Shown here one piece after another: positions 47,201 through 56,200 of a stretch of DNA of 64,000 nt. The DNA comes from Raja brachyura (taxonomy: Eukaryota), in assembly GCA_963514005.1 (NCBI GenBank), contig OY740798.1, positions 51,398,001 through 51,462,000 on the forward strand. Direction: 5' to 3'. The position numbers and the translations under genes are program-made. Below the pieces are notes generated by a model. It ran no database searches. It saw only the letters and a list, made by a program, of their open reading frames with translations, and was not told where the DNA came from. Position 1 is the first letter of the stretch. The number at the start of each line of letters is the position of its first letter.

Positions 47201-50200
47201 AAGTTGCAGAGAGGAGAGAATTCATCGCATGGAATGTCTGCATCATTGAAAATCAAAATTGGTGAAGTAACAATTGTTTTAAAAAACACGAATTAAAAGA
47301 AAAATTCCAAGAATGAAAACACAATGATCCAGCTTCATTAATAGAAAGATTAAACAAGAACTTACCGTTTGATCTTTATTTTATGAGAAGTTGCGATGAG
47401 GGATTACGTGAAGAAGCCCGCCAGCCCGCATGCGCGTCAACCCTTAAAGCAGCCATATGAAATCACAGTACAATCGCTGACCTAACAATAGGAAGATAAG
47501 AAACTAGAACTACCGAATGATCTTTATGAGAATAGGGTTGGGAGTGAAGGGCACGTAATCCCTCATCGCAACTTCTCATAAAATAAAGATCAAACTTCAA
47601 ACGGTAAGTTCTCGTTTAATCTTTCTATTTTATTTTGAAGTCACGTGAGTGACTACGTTAATATTTCAAAGCTCTGTGATTTCATGCCGTGAACCCGAGT
47701 CCATGCAAACACATTCCATCAGTTGACCAGATATGGTTGAAAAAATAGTGCATTCAGACATGATATAGATTAAAAACATGCTGATGCTTTTAATGAATAT
47801 AATAATGGTCCTTACATCCGGGAAAAGAAAAATGTATTTAACAGAACTCAAAATTGTGTTGGCAAACGAACCAGGCCTGGCAATAGGCTTATTGTAAAAG
47901 GCTTGGAAAGTCTGCTCATTCGACCATCCTGCTGTCGCTCGGATGCGGTCCTGCGGAACCTCCATGAATCTCGCTGCTAACGTGGTTGCAGCCCTGGTGG
48001 AGTGAGATTTAAAAACATCAGTTTCCATTCCTGCGAAAGCCAATACATGTCTCAACCACCTAGAGATGGTCTGCACCGATACCCTCTTGTGTGGTTTCCT
48101 ATGACTGATGAACATAGCCAGTTCAGTGCCTCTAAGGTTCTTCATAGTCTTTATATATTGTTGAATATATGTGACAACACATAATCTACGATCCGTTGGA
48201 AATGCCAAAAACTCCAACTTCGGACCTAACACACCTAACATTTATATGGAACGTTATCTTATTGGTAGACATAACTGTCCTGTCCAGCCTTAGCTTATGC
48301 AACGACTGGACACGTTGCGCTAAAGCTAGCGCCATGAGCATTATTCCCTTATAGGTGAGCCGGACCAAAGATAAAGATGCAGCTGGAGCCCAACCGCAAA
48401 ACAGTGTTAACACAACGTTAACGTTCCATACTTCCGTGTTAAAGATACCCCTCATGAATTTGGATATCAAAGGGTGAGACCCAACAGAGTGGTGTCCCGA
48501 TCCCAGCAGCAAGTACGATGCTAAGGCACTTTTGGCAGTGTTGATGGCACTATAACTTAATCTTTTATCAAAACATAACATTGAAAGAAACTCTAAGACA
48601 TCAGCTATACGTGCCGTATTCTAAGTTATATTTGAATTTACACAAAACACTTCCCATCTCTTGATTTAGGAAATGTGATGCTTCTTGGTACTGTCCCGCC
48701 AAGCTGCAGTGATCAAGTCCACCGTTCGGTCGGATAATCCGAGCCCCAGAAAAGGTCTTCTTAAACTCTGCAAATTAATAGTAAGATTAAATGAGAACTT
48801 ACCAGTTTGAACTTTGATCTTTATTTTATGAGGAGTTACATTGGTGATTACGTGAAGAACCCCACCAGTTCGCATGCGCTGCAATCAATGAGAGAGGATT
48901 GTACGTGGAGGGCGCGTAATCACCAACGTAACTCCTCATGAAATAAAGATCAAACTTCAAACTGGTAAGTTCTCATTTAATCTTACTATTTTACTTCGGA
49001 AGTCATGTGACTGATTCCGTGAAGGGTTCAAAGCCCTGTGATATCATTCCAAAGATTCAAATCCCGGCGTCTCACTGCATTGATTGACTCAGGATAAGTG
49101 AATAATCAAAATGCATTAAGCATGACATTGATTCAAATGTATTAATGGTTTACGTTTATAAATAAATCAATGGCAACCCCTCTATCTCAGGGGAGGCTAA
49201 AGTGGACGCAAAACAGAATGGGCAAATAGCCCGGGTCAGTAACTGGCCTATAGTAAAAAATAAAAAATAAATCAATTCAGTTGACCATCCTGCGTCCGTG
49301 AGGATATGGTTGATGGGAATGTCCATTGCCCTGGCCGCTGACGTTGATGCTTCCCTGGTGGAATGAGATGTACAATCGTCAGTGTTAATACCTGCATAAA
49401 CCAGAACCTGCTGCAGCCACCTTGAAGTAGACTGAACCGACCTTTCCTTGTGTGGTTGTTTGCTGCTTAATAAACAATGCTGATTCCACACTTCTTAGGA
49501 TTCTGCTGGCCTTGATATAATATAGCAAGCCTGCTCTCCCACATAGACATGAGTCCGTGGGGTATGCCAAAATATGATCTTAAATCCTGCCACCCCTGGT
49601 CTGCTCTGCTTGTGTAGATCTGAAATGTAAAATGTAATGGTACCTGCAGCCAATAATCAAAATTAAATTAAACTACAATTTAATTTTGTAGTGTAGAGCT
49701 TCACCTGTGAAGGGTTAAAAGCACTACAGCATACATGCAAAAAATACCCTTATTATTAGAGAGAAAATCCTTGCAGCCCGACTCACCCAAGTCCCATAGG
49801 GCTGAACGAGTCCTCTCCTCCACCAATTTTACTCCCTGCCTGGGGGCCAACGTGTCTGTGAGCCGCTGTCAGCGACTCTGGCGTTACTTGCTTGTCACTC
49901 CACGGCATCCCCGCAGGCTGAAAGCCACTGACTGCCTTGTCAGCTGCTAGTTATCGCGAAACCCGACCTTTTAGCGGCTATCCGTTTCCACGGTCGGACC
50001 GGGGTTTCCCCACAGCCCATAGCCGGCTCACTCATCGGGCTCTGCAATAAATCTGGCAGGAAACCTCTGTGAAGAGAGGCTCCTGTTTGAACAAGAAACC
50101 CTGGTAAGTAAAAGAAATTTACCTTCTAGGTTTAACTTACCGTCGGCAAGAGCGCTGCCCTGCCAGTCCGGTGCTTGCGTCAATGCGGCTGACTGGCGGG

Positions 50201-53200
50201 GTTCTTCACGGAATCACTCACGTGACTCCAAAGTAAAATAAGCTGATTTTATCATGCAGAGGGTCGGATTCACGGGATGAATAAGCAAATCTTTATGCTT
50301 ACTAATGACCATGTATGGTTCCGTTAACATTCCTAACATCAACGGGAACCATGGGTGCGTAGGCCAGTCAGGCACTACTAAAATGCCTGAAGCAGAATCT
50401 TGGTTGATTTTTAGCAAGCACCGGCTGATGAGGCAAAATTGAGGAAAGGCATAAAAGAACATCCCTCCCCAGTGTAACGAGAATGCTCTATCGCTACTGC
50501 CCCTGGGTCTGGCTCCCATGCAACATATTTTGGCAACTGGTAATTAAGCCTAGATGCAAACAAATCAATATCCGCCATTCCACATCGAGCAATAACGTCT
50601 TTAACCACATTGTGATCTAACATCCATCCAAATAAAGTTGGCTAAACTATCACAGGATACTGACTTGATTCCACCCATGTGATTGATATATGCCACCGCT
50701 GTAGTGTTATCAATTTGCAGTCAAACATGCAGATTATGCATATTCCCACAGTAAGCCTTCAACCCAGATGCCCCCAGCATCTCCAGGAAGTTGATCCCAT
50801 ATAGATGGATAAATGGCAACTCGTGCATATCCCATCTGCCACCGCAACCAGAGATAGTATTAGTAGCTCCCCATCCTTGTGAAATTGCATCAGTTTGTAG
50901 TATAACTGAAGGTTTACTGATCAAAATGTCACTGGAGCAATGCTGAATAATGGTCGTCCATCATTGTAACTCTGATATAGCTTCAGCCGATAATAGCATA
51001 GGTCTATTAAAAAGACCTAAATGGGACTTAAGTGCTTGCTCCTTTGCACGCTGCAAATTTTGATAATGCAAGGGCCCAAATTGGGCAGCTGGAAAAGCAG
51101 CCACTATTTTGCCAATTACACTAGCCACCTGGCAAATAGATGGCTGCTCCATAACAACAAGGTTAGCACAGGCTTCTATTAAATCTAATCTGTTGCCCCA
51201 GGGAAGAGTCACAGACATTTCAATAGAGTTAATAGTAAATCCTAAATAATCAATAGCCCTAGTTTGTATCAACCTGGATTTAACTGGATGGATGAGAAAC
51301 CCCAATTTCTATAATATATAAGTTTTGTGGCTGAAACAGCTAGATTAGCCAAATTCCCTATAATTAGAATATCATCCAAATAGGCCATAACAATGTGCTC
51401 TTGAGCTCTGAGCAGGCCGAGCACAGGCTTCAGTAATTTGGTAAATAACCTGGGAGCTGAAGTTAATCAATTAGGCATTGCTTTAAACTGCCATAGCTGC
51501 CCCATCCAGCTAACTTTCAAATATCTCCAGTGATCCTTGTGAATTTGGAACTGAATAATATGCATCTTTGAGATCGTTGCATGCCATAAAGCATCCTTTA
51601 GAAATTAGTTGTTTAGCAGTAAAGAAGTTCTCCATTTTAAAATGTCTATACTGCACGTATGAGTTAAATCAAGGATGAACCGACATCCCCACCTATCTTT
51701 TGCCTAGAGAATATATTGGAGAAGAATTGATGACTTTCATGATTTGATCTCTCAATTACCCCTTTTTTGTGTAATGTATGAATTTCTGCTTGCATATCCA
51801 AACCCCCTTGTTTGGAATGAATATACGACCGACTTGGCGTATGTTGTGTGAGTGGCAATGAGTTAGGTAAAAATTCAATTTTGAACCCCTTTACACTGTG
51901 CAGTATAAACGGGTCTGAAGTTATCCACCGCCATTCATGCAAAAATAAGTGTAATATACCACCAACTTGTAACTGGTCCACACACCCCATGTTCCGGAAA
52001 GAACCAGACCCCATGGTTAGCGGTGGGCTGATAGCAGGCCCAACGGGCCCTAATACGGGTTCTGTTTCCGTCCTCTGGGTTTGGAGGATTGAACTGCTGG
52101 GGTGCGAAAATTGCGCATTTTATAAACATATCACCATATAACAATTACAGCATAGGAAACAGGCCCTCTCGGCCCTTCCAATCTGTCTGACCATTTATTT
52201 TCCCCTAGTTCCATCTACCTGCACTCAGACTATACCCCTCCATTCCCTTCCCGTCCATATATCTATTTACTTTTAAATGTTAAAATCGATCCTGCCTCCA
52301 CCACTTCTGCTGGAAGCTCATTCCACACAGCCACCACTCTCTGAGTAAAGAAGATCCCTCTCATGTTACTCCTAAACTTCTGTCCCTTAATTCTCATGTC
52401 ATGCCCTCTTGTTTGAATTTTCCCTACCCTCAATGGGAAAAGCTTATCCACATCAACTCTGTCTATCCCTTTCATCATTTTAAAGACCTCAATCAAGTCC
52501 CCCCTTAACCTTCTGCGCTCCAAAGAATAAAGACCTAACTTGTTCAACCTTTCTCTGTAACTTAGTTGCTGGAACCCAGGCAACATTCTAGTAAATCTCC
52601 TCTGTACTCTCTCTATTTTGTTGACATCCTTCCTATGATTAGGCGACCAAAATTGTACACCATACTCCAGAATTGGTCTTACCAATGCTTTGTACAATTT
52701 TAACATTACTTCCCTACTCCTATATTCAATGCTCTGATTTATAAAGGCCAGCACACCAAAAGCTTTCTTTACCACCCTATCTACATGCGATCCCACCTTC
52801 ATGGAACTATGCACAGTTGTTCCTAGATCCCTCTGTTCCACAGCATTCCTCAATTCCCTACCATTTACCATGTACATCCTATTTTGATTTGTCCTGCCAA
52901 GATGTAGCACATCACACTTATCAGCATTAAACTCCATCTGCCATCTTTCAGCCCACTTTTCCAAATGTCCCAAATCTCTCTGTAGACTTTGAAAATCTAC
53001 TTCATTACCCACAACACCACCTATCTTAGTATCATCTGCATACTTACTTATCCAATTTTCCACCCCATCATCCAGATCATTGATGTACATGACAAACAAC
53101 AGTGGACCCAACACAGATCCCTGAGGCACCCCACTGGTCACCGGCCTCCAACCTGACAAACAGCCATCCACCATTACTCTCTGACATCTCCCATTTAGCC

Positions 53201-56200
53201 ACTGTTGAATCCATCTTGCTACTCCGCCATTAGCACCCAAGGATTGAACCTTCTTAACCAACCTTCCATGGGGAACCTTGTCAAAGGCCTTACTGCAATC
53301 CATATAGACGACATCCACTGCTTTACCCTCATCAATTTTCCTAGTAACCTCTTCAAAAAATTCAAGAAGGTTTGTCAAACATGACCTTCCAGGCACAAAT
53401 CCATGTTGACTGTTCCTGATCAGACCCTGTTTATCCAGATGCTTATATATATTATCTCTAAGTATCCTTTCCATTAATTTTCCCACCACTGATGTCAAAC
53501 TAACCGGTCTATAATTGCTAGGTTTATTCTTTGAACCCTTTTTAAACAATGGAACAACATGCGCATTACGCCAATCCTCCGGCACTATTCCCGTTTCTAA
53601 TGACATTTGAAATATTTTTGTCATAGCCCCTGCTATTTCTACACTAACTTCCCTTAATGTCCTACGGAATATCCTGTCAGGACCTGGAGACTTATCCGCT
53701 TTTCTATTTTTCAAAAGTGTAAGTACTTCCTCCTCTTTGAATCTCATAGTTTCCATAGCTACTCTACTTTTTTCCCTTACCCCACAGAGTTCAATATCCT
53801 TCTTCTTGGTGAATCCAGAAGAAAATAAATTGTTCAATATCTCCCCATCTCTTTTGGCTCTGCAGATAGCTCTCTAATGGTCCAATTTTATCCCTCATTA
53901 TCCTTTTGCTATTAATATAGCTGTAGAAACACTTTGGATTTACTTTCACCTTTCTTGCCAAAGCAACCTCATATCTTCTTTTAGCCTTTCTAATTTCTTT
54001 CTTAAGATTCTTTTTACATTCTTTATACTCCTCTAGCACCTCATTTACTCCATGCCTCCTATAATTATTGTAGATATCTCTCTTTTTTCAGATTCAGATT
54101 CAGATTCAGATTCAATTTTAATTGCCATTGTCAGTGTACAGTACAGAGACAACGAAATGCATTTTTTCGAAACAAGTGTCCAATTTCCCTTGAAAACCAT
54201 GGCTCTTTCCAATTTTTACTATTTCCTTTCAACCAAACAGGGACATAAAGATTCTGTACTCTTACAATTTCCCCTTTAAATGTCCTCCATTTCTCTTCTA
54301 CATCCTTCCCATAAAACAAAATGTCCCAATTCACTCCTTTTAAATCCTTACGCATTCCCTCAAAGTTAGCCTTTCTCCAATCAAAAATCTCAACCCTAGG
54401 TCCAGTTCTGACTCTCTCCATAATTATATTGAAACTAGTGGTATTTTGATCACTGGTCCCGAAGTGCTCACCAACACATACCTCCGTCACCTGACCTGCC
54501 TCATTTCCTAACAGGAGGTCCAGCACTGCCCCTTCTCTGGTCGATACCTCTATGTATTGCTGCAAAAAACTATCCTGCACACATTTTACAAACTCCAAAC
54601 CATCTAACCCATTTACAGAATGTGTTTCCCAGTCTATTTTTGGAAAATTGAAATCTCCCACAATCACTACCTTGTGCTTACTACTAATATCTGCTATCTC
54701 CTTACATATTTGCTCTTCCAATTCTCGCTCCCCATTTGGCGGTCTATAATACACCCCTAAAAGTGTTGCTACACCGTTCCCACTTCTCAGTTCCACCCAA
54801 ATAACCTCACTAGACGAGCCCTCTAATCTATCCTGCCAAAGCACTGCTGTAATATCTTCTCTGACAAGCATTGCAACACCTCCACCTCTGGCCCTCCAAT
54901 TCTATCACACCTGAAGTAGCAATGTTACAAAATTTTGAGATTTTAAAAATCAAGTCTGCAATTTATCCCATCAGATAAAGCATAAAAAGAAGTTTAATTT
55001 GACACCTAATTCACTTTCATATCTTCAGTATTAAGAAAGTTATGACCATTTTCATACTCGGAAATTAGCATCTTGTTCCCCATTGCCTTTCAATTGACTT
55101 AACTCAAAAGCTGTGATCTAGAACAGTTAAAATCCCATACATTTCTTAAAAATTAAGAGAACTCAATGAAATTTTCAGTTATTGTAGATTGAAGCATTCT
55201 GAAACAAATATGAAACAATCTTACTTGGATGACATGAAATTAAAGCATATAATTAGTTAGTTATCTAATTGTAGATAACTAACTGGTAGATTTTCCCAGT
55301 CTACCTGCATATTGAAATCTCCCATAACCACAATGGCATTACCTTTGTTACATGCCAATTTTAACTCCTGCTGCAACTTGCACCCTATATCCAGGCTTCT
55401 ATTTGGGGGCCTGTAGATAACTCCCATTAGTGTCTTCTTACCTTTACAATTCCTCAATTCTATCCACAGCGACTCTACATCGTCAGTCCCTGTCACCCCT
55501 CGCAAGGGACTGAATTTCATCCCTCAACAACAGAGCTACCCCACCTCCCCTGCCCACTTGCCTATCTTTTCTATATTTATAACCCTGAATATTCAGTTCC
55601 CAGTCACGATCCTCCTGCAGCCACGTCTCTGTAATCCCCACTATGTCATATCTATCTCTAACTGAGCCTCAAGCTCATCCACTTCTTATACTACATATAT
55701 AATAATTTTAACCAATTGCTCTCCTCACCTTTCACATTGATTCCTATTTCACTTGACCATACTTTCCTATCCCTTTGTGAGCTTTCTGCCCCGTTAGTTC
55801 TTGTGTCTTTCTTAACTTTTCCTGTACTCTCCCTTTAGCTCCATCCTTGTATTTCCAATTTGTCTCCCCACCCCCCCCCCCCCCCCCACTATTTAGTTTA
55901 AACCCACCCGTGTCGCAGTGACAAACCTGTCTGCCAGAATGCTGGTTCCCCGCCTGTTAAAGTGCAACCCGTCCCTTTTGTACAATTCACCTTTATCCCA
56001 AAGCAGATCCCAGTGGTCTAAGAATCTAAATCCCTGTTCATCCTTGTTTCAAACTTCCAAAACATTTCCTTGTAATTATATTCCTGAATGTTGTTGTTAA
56101 TCTTACCCAACACTTGCATTGTTGAAAAGCGACTGGCACTTTCAGGGACGATAAACACAGTACACGTGTAGATTCCTTCGTCAGAGATCTGGACTTTTGG

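Noticed and set aside
54920-55285. AT-rich block as a regulatory element or gene
   Set aside because: No ORF, splice pair or termini seen. It probably belongs to an unclassified repeat between two CR1 fragments and cannot be assigned from sequence alone.
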